From Negativicutes bacterium (GTDB taxonomy: Bacteria > Bacillota > Negativicutes > UBA1444): 64,000 bases of DNA. The notes beneath the pieces are model-generated. The model searched no databases. It saw only the letters and a program-made list of their open reading frames with translations, and was not told the DNA's origin. Shown here one piece after another: positions 1 to 8,693 of this stretch. The stretch covers positions 1-64,000 of the forward strand of contig CAXXIN010000003.1 of assembly GCA_963665275.2 (NCBI GenBank). Reading direction: 5' to 3'. The translations under genes and the position numbers were made by a program. The stretch's first letter is position 1, and every line of letters starts with the position of its first letter.

Positions 1-133
1 CAAACACAGTCCGGATCAAAACTGAGGTATGCCCTCCGCTCGCGGACTTCCATTAATCCCCGACTACCTTTCATGCAGAGCGCCTCCAATATTTTTTGAT
101 TATTCGCACCGCGCGCCCTGGCATCCTTTTTTC

Positions 134-479
134 TCATCGCTGCCATTGTGCAGGTTTGGGACCGACCAAGACACAAAGTGATTATATATCCTGGGCGAAT
201 TGTCTTTGCGCAAAATACAGATTTTGATGCTGTGAGGCGCTGTGCCATGGAGGCAAGAATGGGCCAAGCTGCCGGAAACAATAGCATCACCACCAAACGT
301 ATCCGTATATCAGCGCTTCCGGCGCCGACGCCTTGACGCCGCCGCTCTCCAGGTCCCATAGTGGATTGGCGACCTCTCCCTACATTCACCTGAGCAACTT
401 CCCAACTGTTCCATTGGCGTCGCACCGAAACCAGATCCATATCCGAAATGGGTTTTGGAGATTTGGGTGTTGGACTCAT
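134..479 (-). pseudogene. Small hypothetical protein with about 3 apparent frameshifts (likely sequencing errors)
   Basis: RBS GGGGGA before ATG at 479; joining frames gives a coherent ~114 aa protein (MSPTPK..RRQWNSWEVAQV..LWDLESGGVKASAPEALIYGYVWCDAIVSGSLAHSCLHGTAPHSIKICILRKDN..QWQR*). Confidence 0.55.
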
Positions 480-685
480 GGCAATCCCCCCATTTTATGT
501 ATTGTTTATCCCCCATTACGCCATGCGTCGGCAAAGTTATTTTCCACTTTACTTCATGAGTTATCCTGCTATAAAATTACATCAAGACCAACGACTTTGT
601 CAAACAAGCACTGGTCAAAATCAAATTGCAGCGATTTTCAATTTTGCCCACTATACCAGCCAGAAAAGAGGAGGCCGAAGCGATA

Positions 686-1579
686 ATGATGCAACTACAT
701 GGAGTGTTCCCGGCCATAGCCACACCCCTGACGCCGGAGGAAAAGATCGACCAACCGGCGCTGCGAAAACTCGTTCGTTACCTTATTGGCGGTGGTTATT
801 CACGGAATCGTGGTCCTCGGCAGCACCGGTGAATTCCCTGCAATGACTGAATCGATGCGCCAGGAGGTTCTTCGAAACCGCTCTTGATGAAGTTGCCGAC
901 AAAGTCCCCGTCCTTATCGGTTGCGGCGAACCAGGCACCCAGCGCACGATCGAACAGGTCAAGCTTGCGGCCCAACACCAAAGCCGACGGAGTTCTGGTC
1001 GCCGTCCCCTTCTATTTTAATATGGACCAGGCCGCTGTGATCCGGCATTATCAGCTAGTTGCCGAGGCCTCTACCCTACCTGTCATCCTGTACAATTTTC
1101 CCCAGATGACCAAAACCGCTTTCTCCGCTGACACCGTAGCAAAAGCTCGCACGTCATCCGAATATCATTGGCGTCAAGGACAGTTCCGGAGATTTCTTTG
1201 GCATGCAGCGTTTTCATCGATGTGACTGCGGATGCTGACTTCGCCGTCATGTCAGGCAACCCCTGCATTGGGGTTTATCTGCCTATGAACTGGGGGCAAA
1301 GAGGCGGTATCTAATGCAGGCTGCAGCCTTTTCCCGAAGCTGTGTGCAACGGTCTACAATGCTTTCGTCCGAGGCGATAGGATCACCGCCATCGAACTGC
1401 AGAAAAAAGCCTCGCTGATTCCGATGATGGGAAGCTTCGGTCCAAACTCCGCCGTTGTGAAATTTGGCCTCAACCGGTTGGGAATCTGCGGTCCTACCGT
1501 CGCAGAACCCTTCTGTTTGCCTGCCGGGCAGGACGAAAAAATCATCGCCTGGATGAAACGGATCGGGATCGACGCATAA
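686..1579 (+). pseudogene. DapA/NanA-family (dihydrodipicolinate synthase-like) lyase/aldolase, multiple frameshifts
   Basis: RBS GAGGAGG; fragments in different frames: GVFPAIATP, GSTGE, ADGVLVAVPFYF, LYNFP, IGVKDSSG (Schiff-base Lys); stop TAA at 1577-1579. Confidence 0.85.
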
Positions 1580-1610
1580 AAGAAAAGCATCAAACCGGCT
1601 TGATTTGACT

Positions 1611-1652
1611 GTAGTACAAGGCCCTCCGGTTACCCGGAGGGCCTTGTACTAC
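1611..1652. terminator. Hairpin between convergent genes (probable bidirectional terminator)
   Basis: GTAGTACAAGGCCCTCCGG-ttac-CCGGAGGGCCTTGTACTAC perfect inverted repeat. Confidence 0.75.
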
Positions 1653-1663
1653 TTTTCCACCGC

Positions 1664-2837
1664 CTACAACTTGATTCTTTTCCCATCTTCCGCCGCCCAA
1701 TAGGCAGCATAGGTCGCCTTAATCGTTTCGTAAGCCAAGTCCAGATCTGCCAGCGGATCGCGTCCGTAGGCCACGCATTCCATGAAATCTTGCATCTCCT
1801 GAATGTATCCGCGTGTCCACTCTTCTTCAAGACACACATACTGCCAACCAGTCTTTCTGTCGACCTTCTCAGTAATATACACATCCTGTAATTTGCTCTC
1901 ATCTGTCAGATAGGTAACCATGCCCGTATTGGGACACATGTTCGCGTTGAGAATGCCGCCGGTTGTATAGGTTTCAATCAGATTGCGGACACCGCCCAAA
2001 ATCATATCCCCTGCAAAAACTGTGCTCTTTGTCCCATCGGTGAAGGTCAGGTTCATCATCGGCCCAGTCTTCCACATCAACGGGATGGGACAAGATGTAC
2101 TTGTGGTCTTCTGCCGAAAGCCCATCACCGATATTGCCGACATCTGCAGTCACATCGGCAATATCGATTTTTTTCACCGCGCGCCTTTGCCTCCACCTGT
2201 TTGAGGTATAACACGGCGGACAAAGGATGACATCCCTGCCGGATCAGCGCTCCGCCGCCTGTCAGATCCCAGCGGGCGGCATGGTCGGCATGAGAGCCGC
2301 TATGACTCTCCTCCGCTTTCATGAACAGGATTTTATCCTTCGTCTTACGCAGGATTTCAGCGCTCTTGGCAACTGCCGGCGCATATACCCAGTTTTCAGC
2401 ATACATGAACATCGAACTGCTGGCATTCATTCGGCGCCGAGTCTGTTCCATCTCCTCCATAACCCGTTCAAACATCAACGCTTTTGACATATTGCGCCCT
2501 ATGGGAAGGGAGTCGCCGGGTTGTCCGAAGTATCCGGTAAACGGTTTTTCACAGATGACATGCTTGCCGGACTCCATTGCTTCGACAATCATTGGCGCAT
2601 GCACTACCGCCGGGGTACAAATATCAATAACGTCGATATCCTTATCCTTTCAGTAGGTCCCGGAAATCCCGGTACACCTTGGGAATGTTATGCCTCCGGG
2701 CAAAATCGGTCACATGGTCGCCCCTGGAAACCACGGCTTCAACAACGGCATTCACTCCGTAAACCCCGTCGGTAAGAGTGCATATGCAGTTCGGCCACAA
2801 AGCCGCTGCCCACCAGCCCTACACGAATTGGTTTCAT
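1664..2837 (-). pseudogene. Gfo/Idh/MocA family oxidoreductase, frameshifted
   Basis: Starts MKPIRVGLVGSGFVAELH (Rossmann motif); ORFs 2125-2604 (HVICEKP, GGGALIRQGCH) and 1664-2143 are consecutive pieces. Confidence 0.85.
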
Positions 2838-2857
2838 TTTTGTCACTCCCGTATCAT

Positions 2858-4366
2858 TTATTCTTTGAACTCGTCATGGGCCAACAGTTTCTTTAACCGC
2901 CCGAACGCGTTCAGTTGTGAAAGTGCGAGCAGCACGATGGCGGCAACGAAGATCATGCTGATCGGGCGCATAAAGAAAGGGGTAGGGTCGCCGTTCGACA
3001 GGATCAGCGCGCGGCGAAGGTTGTTATCGGCCATCGGCCCAAGAATGATTCCGAGCAGAAATGGTGCGGCTGGATAGGACATCTCGCGCAATAATAGTCC
3101 GACCAAGCCAAAAGCGAACATCAGATATATATCAAAGATATTATTGTCGATCACAAAAGCACCGACCGTACAGAGCACATAGACGATCGGCATCAGAATT
3201 GTACTCTTGACAGCCAGGATTCGGACGGTGATCTTCGACAGGATCAGGCCAAGAATAACCATTGCAAAGGCGCTAATTGTCATATAGATACTGATGGTAT
3301 AGACAAAACCGGGTGTTTCACTCATCAGCAAGGGACCGGGGCGAAGTCCGTGCAGCCAGAGTGCCGCCAACAGAACAGCCGCCGGGGCGCTGCCCGGAAC
3401 AGCCAGCGACAAAACGGGTATGATGGCGCCACCAACGCATGAATTATTGCCGGTCTCGGCTGCAATCACCCCTTCATACGCCCCTTTACCGAACTTTTCC
3501 GGTGTTTTGCTGGCATTCTTTTCTGCCCAGTAGGACAGCCACCCGGCAACGTCTTCGCCGACACCGGGAATAATCCCCACAACAACTCCGATCACCGAAG
3601 ACCGGACCATGTTCAGTTTATTTTTCAACAGGATGCCGAACCCCTTTTTAAACTCTAAAGAGGAGGTTTTGATCTGGGCCCTTGCGGTGCTGGAAATAAG
3701 TCCGTAAACAATTTCAGGAAACCCAAACAAGCCGATCATTACCGGAATTAAGGGTACTCCGGCCATCAAATCCACCAATCCAAAAGAAAAGCGCGGATAG
3801 GCATTCATCCCATCCAATCCGACCTGTGCGACAATGAGGCCCAAAATCCCGGAGATCCACCCTTTGAGAGGATCGCCGCCTGCTGTTAACTGGCCACAGA
3901 TCATGACTCCAAACAACGCCAGCAGAAAAAATTCATAGGCGCCGAACTTCAGCGCCAGCAGAGACAGCGGCGGCGTCAGCAGAAGCACACACAACGTGCC
4001 GGTCAACGTGCCGAAGAACGAGGATGTCGTAGCCAGGAATATACCCAACCCGCCTTCCCCCCGCTGCCCGATCGGAAACCCGTCCACCGCAGTCGCCGCC
4101 GAAGCGGGTGTGCCGGGAATATTCATCAGAATTGCGGACTGGCAACCCCCTGAAATCGCTCCGATATAAACCGCAACCAGCGAAAGAATCGCCATTTCCG
4201 GCGCCAATCGGTAAGTAAGCCCCGTCAACAGCGCAACTGCCATCGTAGCGGTTAACCCTGGAAGCATTCCCACCACCATTCCGAAAAACACCGAGAGCGC
4301 CATCACAAAGAGGCTCATCGGCTGAAGGACAAACTCAAACACACTGGAAACGTATTGCCACTCCAA
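2858..4366 (-). CDS. tctA: Tripartite tricarboxylate transporter large permease TctA
   Basis: Repeated GMLPGL / NIPGTPASAAT and GIIPGVG / AVPGSAPAA motifs; ~12 TM; TTG start after AGGAG. Confidence 0.93.
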   Translation of the reverse strand: MEWQYVSSVFEFVLQPMSLFVMALSVFFGMVVGMLPGLTATMAVALLTGLTYRLAPEMAILSLVAVYIGAISGGCQSAILMNIPGTPASAATAVDGFPIGQRGEGGLGIFLATTSSFFGTLTGTLCVLLLTPPLSLLALKFGAYEFFLLALFGVMICGQLTAGGDPLKGWISGILGLIVAQVGLDGMNAYPRFSFGLVDLMAGVPLIPVMIGLFGFPEIVYGLISSTARAQIKTSSLEFKKGFGILLKNKLNMVRSSVIGVVVGIIPGVGEDVAGWLSYWAEKNASKTPEKFGKGAYEGVIAAETGNNSCVGGAIIPVLSLAVPGSAPAAVLLAALWLHGLRPGPLLMSETPGFVYTISIYMTISAFAMVILGLILSKITVRILAVKSTILMPIVYVLCTVGAFVIDNNIFDIYLMFAFGLVGLLLREMSYPAAPFLLGIILGPMADNNLRRALILSNGDPTPFFMRPISMIFVAAIVLLALSQLNAFGRLKKLLAHDEFKE

Positions 4367-4382
4367 AATATATGGCTCCTTT

Positions 4383-4862
4383 CTACGGCAGTGGAACGTG
4401 GAAGACCATCTGGAACACCACATAGATGCTACCGACCACGACCGCTGTTATCGCTGCGTTTTTCCAAAGTGCTGTTGCATTGAGTATTCCCATGAGAAAT
4501 ACCATAAAGATCGAGGTTGAAATCCAAAAAGGCAGCCTGGGCGCCAGTATGAAGGTATAAAGTGCTAACACCAATCCGCCTGTCAGCATTTCCTGGGCTG
4601 ATTTGGACTTGGCAAAAATATGAGCCCATGCCATGAAGTCTTTGATATTTTGTCCGACTCCATTATGCCGGACGGTACGTTGAAACAGTAAAAAACCAGT
4701 AAACAGCAGCAAAATCGCCAATACCATCGGCATCATGCCTGGCGAGGCATATAAGGCCCCCCCGACATCTGCTGCCATGCGATAGCTATCGAAAATCATG
4801 ATGACTGCTAATACCATTAAAAAAACACTTGTGAAAAAATCAAAATGGGTGTTTTTATCCAA
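4383..4862 (-). CDS. tctB: Tripartite tricarboxylate transporter small subunit TctB
   Basis: 4-5 TM, SPGMMP motif, C-terminal VFHVPLP; between tctC and tctA. Confidence 0.88.
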   Translation of the reverse strand: MDKNTHFDFFTSVFLMVLAVIMIFDSYRMAADVGGALYASPGMMPMVLAILLLFTGFLLFQRTVRHNGVGQNIKDFMAWAHIFAKSKSAQEMLTGGLVLALYTFILAPRLPFWISTSIFMVFLMGILNATALWKNAAITAVVVGSIYVVFQMVFHVPLP

Positions 4863-4888
4863 GACCCACGGCCTCCTACCTTACTTTT

Positions 4889-4933
4889 CAGGATGCTGGC
4901 GCTATCAAGAAGATAAAGCGCCAGCATCCTGAC
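4889..4933 (-). terminator. Intercistronic stem-loop after tctC
   Basis: TCAGGATGCTGGCGCT...AGCGCCAGCATCCTGA inverted repeat without a long U tract. Confidence 0.55.
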
Positions 4934-4954
4934 GATTTCGATCCGTTTTGCGCT

Positions 4955-5992
4955 TTATTTCAGGCGGGGAATATTAAACTTTTCAGGCGAAATTTTGGCA
5001 GTTCCGCCATCAAACAGGGTCCAGGATACTATCGACGAGAGTTTCGCAACATGAGCCTGGGCTTCTTCACCGCTCAAGGCTAGTACGACAGAGCCCTTCT
5101 GATCAGCGAATTTTTTCACGACTTCGCTCTTGACGGCGATTTTAAAGGCATCATCAATCGCTTTGACGATATGAGGCGGCGTATCTTTGGGAACCATGAT
5201 GCCAAAGGATTCACCCATCGGCAGATACGGTTTGATCGCAGGAACTGCCGCAGAAATCCCCGGGATATCAGCTGCGCCGGATAACTTGAACGGTTGATCC
5301 ATCAGTACTGCCAATGCATTCATCTTGCCGGCGCGGATATGATCGACCATTTCCATCAACAACTGCGGCACGACATCGACCTCACCCGAAAGGCCGGCCA
5401 CGATTGCCGGTGCGCCTCCCTGATAGGGAACATGTTTGTAGTCAAGTTTAGTCCCGGCCTTGAGCACTTCTGAACCCATATATCCACCGGTTCCAACTCC
5501 TGCGGTGCCGAAGGTGACCTGTCCCGGTCTTGCCTTCAAATCGGCCAGTAAGTCGTTGATGTTCTTGTACTTGCCGCCCTCTCCTTTGACAACGATAGCG
5601 TTGGGCGAGAACGTAGCAATCCAGATATTCCAGTCTTTATAAGTCTTATCGGTATAACCCATCACCGGATAGGATGCAAATGCGAGCAGTCCATTAGCAG
5701 CAATGGTGTAGCCGTCATGCGGTTTGTTCCAGACAGCGATCGTACCGACTGACCCACTGGCGCCCGGCATGTTTACGACAGAAACGTTCGCTTTCAGCGC
5801 TTTTGCCATCTCATCGGCGATCGCCCGGGTGGTCAGGTCAGTTCCGCCGCCAGGGGGATAGGGAACCACGATCGAAATGTCCTGCATCGGCCATTTTTTC
5901 ACTTCTTCCTTCTTTTGATTCAACTGCGGCCAAATAAAGGCTAGTCCGATAATAACAACTGCAGCGATAACCCAAAGCATTTTTTTGTTCAT
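4955..5992 (-). CDS. tctC: TctC/Bug family substrate-binding protein
   Basis: IVVPYPPGGGTD, VNMPGASG, HVPYQGGAPA motifs; N-terminal membrane anchor. Confidence 0.93.
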   Translation of the reverse strand: MNKKMLWVIAAVVIIGLAFIWPQLNQKKEEVKKWPMQDISIVVPYPPGGGTDLTTRAIADEMAKALKANVSVVNMPGASGSVGTIAVWNKPHDGYTIAANGLLAFASYPVMGYTDKTYKDWNIWIATFSPNAIVVKGEGGKYKNINDLLADLKARPGQVTFGTAGVGTGGYMGSEVLKAGTKLDYKHVPYQGGAPAIVAGLSGEVDVVPQLLMEMVDHIRAGKMNALAVLMDQPFKLSGAADIPGISAAVPAIKPYLPMGESFGIMVPKDTPPHIVKAIDDAFKIAVKSEVVKKFADQKGSVVLALSGEEAQAHVAKLSSIVSWTLFDGGTAKISPEKFNIPRLK

Positions 5993-6019
5993 CTGCGATC
6001 CCTCCTATTATAATGTGGC

Positions 6020-7087
6020 CTATGAACCGGGTTGTTGTATCATCCCCCCATCATGAACTGAATCTCGTTCGAGAATGGCGCAGGGAAATATCTGTTGAAC
6101 CGCTGGGCGGTCCGCATCGCGCATGACGTCAAGCAACAGGGATGCCACGGCTCGTCCCATCTGTTGTTCCGGCCTTTGGATACAAGTAATGTGGGGACGG
6201 AGGAAATCGGCCCACTCTGGAGTACCGATCATTACCAACGAAATATCACGGGGCCATTGCACGCCATAATCCTGAAAGTACAACAGGGTCCCTTTCGCTG
6301 TATCTTGTTGTCCCAGAACAACCGCCGACACTTTTTCCATCAGCAATTTGGCTCCCATGCTGCGCCCGGCGCTCTCCGTCAGCTCGTCCAGGAGGACCAG
6401 TTCCTGCTCTTCCGGCACCCCCCGCTCCCGCAAAGCCGCCCTGTAACCATCTACGCGCTCGCGAACATTCGGGATGGGAGAATCCCAGCCGGAGAAGGCG
6501 ATCTTTCGATGTCCGGCATCCAGTAGCCGCCGGGTTGCCAAATATCCTGACTGGAAATTGTCATGCCCGACAAAATTATGGGCGGAAAATGAAGCCGGAA
6601 ACGAACGTTCCAGAATAACATAAGGAACATGGTGCTGCGACAACAGAGCGGTATTCTCTTCCCTAGCCAGTGCCGGACAGAGAATGCACCCGTCAATTCT
6701 TTGCGCGATCAGCCTTTCAAGTGTCAGACGTTCCTGCGCAGGATCCTCATCACTGTTGCACAAGGTAACAACATATCCCTCTTGGCGGGCAATCGCCTCA
6801 ATATCCACGCACATACGGGTAAAAAAAGTATTGGCGAATTGGGCGACCAGCACGGCCAGGATGCCGCGTCGCTTCCCCTTGAGACTGCTGGCGGCCGCAT
6901 TTTTCACATATCTCAGTTCTGCAGCCGCTTGCAGGACCCTCTCCCGGAGTTCTGGTCGCAGATAGCGTTCCTGCTCACTGAATACATAAGAAACCGTAGC
7001 GATCGAGGTATCAGCTCTTTTCGCCACATCTTTGATTGTCACTGACGCCTGTTGTCCTCTGGCGTGGTTTCTCACATAAGTCCTCAC
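6020..7087 (-). CDS. LacI family transcriptional regulator
   Basis: VTIKDVAKRADTSIATVSYV HTH plus sugar-binding domain. Confidence 0.93.
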   Translation of the reverse strand: MRTYVRNHARGQQASVTIKDVAKRADTSIATVSYVFSEQERYLRPELRERVLQAAAELRYVKNAAASSLKGKRRGILAVLVAQFANTFFTRMCVDIEAIARQEGYVVTLCNSDEDPAQERLTLERLIAQRIDGCILCPALAREENTALLSQHHVPYVILERSFPASFSAHNFVGHDNFQSGYLATRRLLDAGHRKIAFSGWDSPIPNVRERVDGYRAALRERGVPEEQELVLLDELTESAGRSMGAKLLMEKVSAVVLGQQDTAKGTLLYFQDYGVQWPRDISLVMIGTPEWADFLRPHITCIQRPEQQMGRAVASLLLDVMRDADRPAVQQIFPCAILERDSVHDGGMIQQPGS

Positions 7088-7124
7088 TTTATCTCAGCAC
7101 GAATTAAGCCACTTACACTCAATA

Positions 7125-7217
7125 TGGAAACGTTTACATTTATTCGAAAAATAAAAACGATTCCCTGTGTAAACGTTTTACTACCCTTATTATCGGCAAT
7201 CCGGATTTTTTTGTCAA
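7125..7217 (-). promoter_or_regulatory. Sigma-A promoter with two LacI-type operators
   Basis: Minus strand TTGACA (7217-7212)-N17-GATAAT; palindromes TGGAAACGTTTACA (7125-7138) and TGTAAACGTTTTAC (7168-7181). Confidence 0.7.
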
Positions 7218-7362
7218 TACAGAAATATCTGACTACGCATGATTTTTGCCTTGGTCATCGTGTCCACGTAAAACCCTCTTGCAGTTCTTCCCCCTTCCTC
7301 GCAGCGCCCTTTTCGGAGTATACTTAGTATCAGACAATCGAAATGATTAGGGAGGTTATATT

Positions 7363-7767
7363 TTGTATCAGTGGAGCGATGAGTACACCCTGGGGGTTGA
7401 GGAGATCGACAAGCAGCATCGACGATTGATAGAGCTTGCCGATCAAGTTTATCAGGTCCTTAACGACCCCTGGCGCCTGGATAAGTACAACCAGATTCTT
7501 GAAGTCCTGGGCGAATTAAAAGATTACACCATCTATCATTTTAAAACCGAAGAAGAATATATGGCTAAGATAGGCTACAAAAAGCGTTTTTCCCATGCGA
7601 TTGAGCACAACGCTTTTGTAGAAAAATTAAATGCAGTGGATTTGAAAGAAGTTGACGAAGCACAGGAAAAACATCTGATGGATCTGCTGGACTTTATTAC
7701 CACTTGGATTGTAACCCATATCATGAAAACAGACAGGCTGTACACCCAACAACAACCTGCGTTATAA
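7363..7767 (+). CDS. Single-domain bacteriohemerythrin
   Basis: W..LGVEEIDKQH, HFKTEE, HAIEH, HIMKTD iron-ligand pattern; RBS GGAGG with TTG start. Confidence 0.93.
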   Translation: MYQWSDEYTLGVEEIDKQHRRLIELADQVYQVLNDPWRLDKYNQILEVLGELKDYTIYHFKTEEEYMAKIGYKKRFSHAIEHNAFVEKLNAVDLKEVDEAQEKHLMDLLDFITTWIVTHIMKTDRLYTQQQPAL

Positions 7768-7783
7768 CCAAAACAACAGAAAA

Positions 7784-7822
7784 CAACCCAGCGCCCGACC
7801 GGCAAGGGTCGTCGCTGGGTTG
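7784..7822. terminator. Hairpin between convergent genes
   Basis: CAACCCAGCG..GACC-loop-GGTC..CGCTGGGTTG. Confidence 0.6.
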
Positions 7823-7846
7823 AACCATCTGATCATTTACCAGTTC

Positions 7847-8353
7847 TTACTCCGCCTCTTGCCACTGATATACTTTTAACAGCGTTTCGATCGACTGAGT
7901 CGTCAGCCCCCCGCTGAAACCGGTCACCCCCTTGACCGTCCGGCTGATCTTGCCGGCCTTGAGGGTCAGGACTTCATCCTGAATTTCCAGCACCAATGGT
8001 TCCGTATTACTGATTGTGGACGGCGGGAAAGAAATTATACCGGACGACTGTCCAACGATCCGCACACTCATGCTGCCGCTGTCAATTTTGAACGAAAGCC
8101 ATTTGCCCCGTTGTTCGGACGTATCGATGTACACGATGAACCCGGCGCCATTGCCGTAGAGGTTTTTCAGAGTCCCGAACTCCAGGCGGCCGGTCATGGA
8201 TTTTTGACCAAAAGAATAGTCCATAGGGGAGACGTTCTTGTCCGCTTCTATTTTTAGTTCGTCAATTTTCACCAGGTTCGCCGCATCGGCTACAGCACAG
8301 GAAATGAGCATAACAGCCAGAACCATCACCGAAAAAAGCATCAACCGTCTCAT
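7847..8353 (-). CDS. Exported hypothetical protein
   Basis: RBS GAGGAGG, signal peptide ending ADA, beta-rich mature part. Confidence 0.75.
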   Translation of the reverse strand: MRRLMLFSVMVLAVMLISCAVADAANLVKIDELKIEADKNVSPMDYSFGQKSMTGRLEFGTLKNLYGNGAGFIVYIDTSEQRGKWLSFKIDSGSMSVRIVGQSSGIISFPPSTISNTEPLVLEIQDEVLTLKAGKISRTVKGVTGFSGGLTTQSIETLLKVYQWQEAE

Positions 8354-8693
8354 AGATTTTCCTCCTCGTATATCTTGTTAAACTATATCTATATCATCCG
8401 CATCCTGCCCCTGCCCAAGTATAGCAGTCCTGTTATATATCATTTTAGGGGCATGACGCGCTGCCGCCAATTGTCGCGGCCGTAGGATTTAAACATATTT
8501 CTGTTTCTCCAGCACAAACTCCTCTATTTTTACAGAAAGAGCCTCACCCATCATAACCGCTGGACAGACGCTTCTAAAAGTCATCGAGAGGATTTTGCTT
8601 CGCGGTGTGGAAGAATATCTAAAACAAGAATGTTGCAGCACCGCTTTTCACAGATAATATAATCAGTTTCGTCTATCAACGAGGAGGCTGTTT

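Noticed and set aside
686-2837. Programmed frameshifting or phase variation in the DapA and Gfo genes
   Set aside because: Too many scattered indels per gene; sequencing error or decay is more parsimonious
8354-8693. Metal-sensing riboswitch (yybP-ykoY or M-box) upstream of the P-type ATPase
   Set aside because: No recognisable conserved aptamer core by eye; cmscan would settle it
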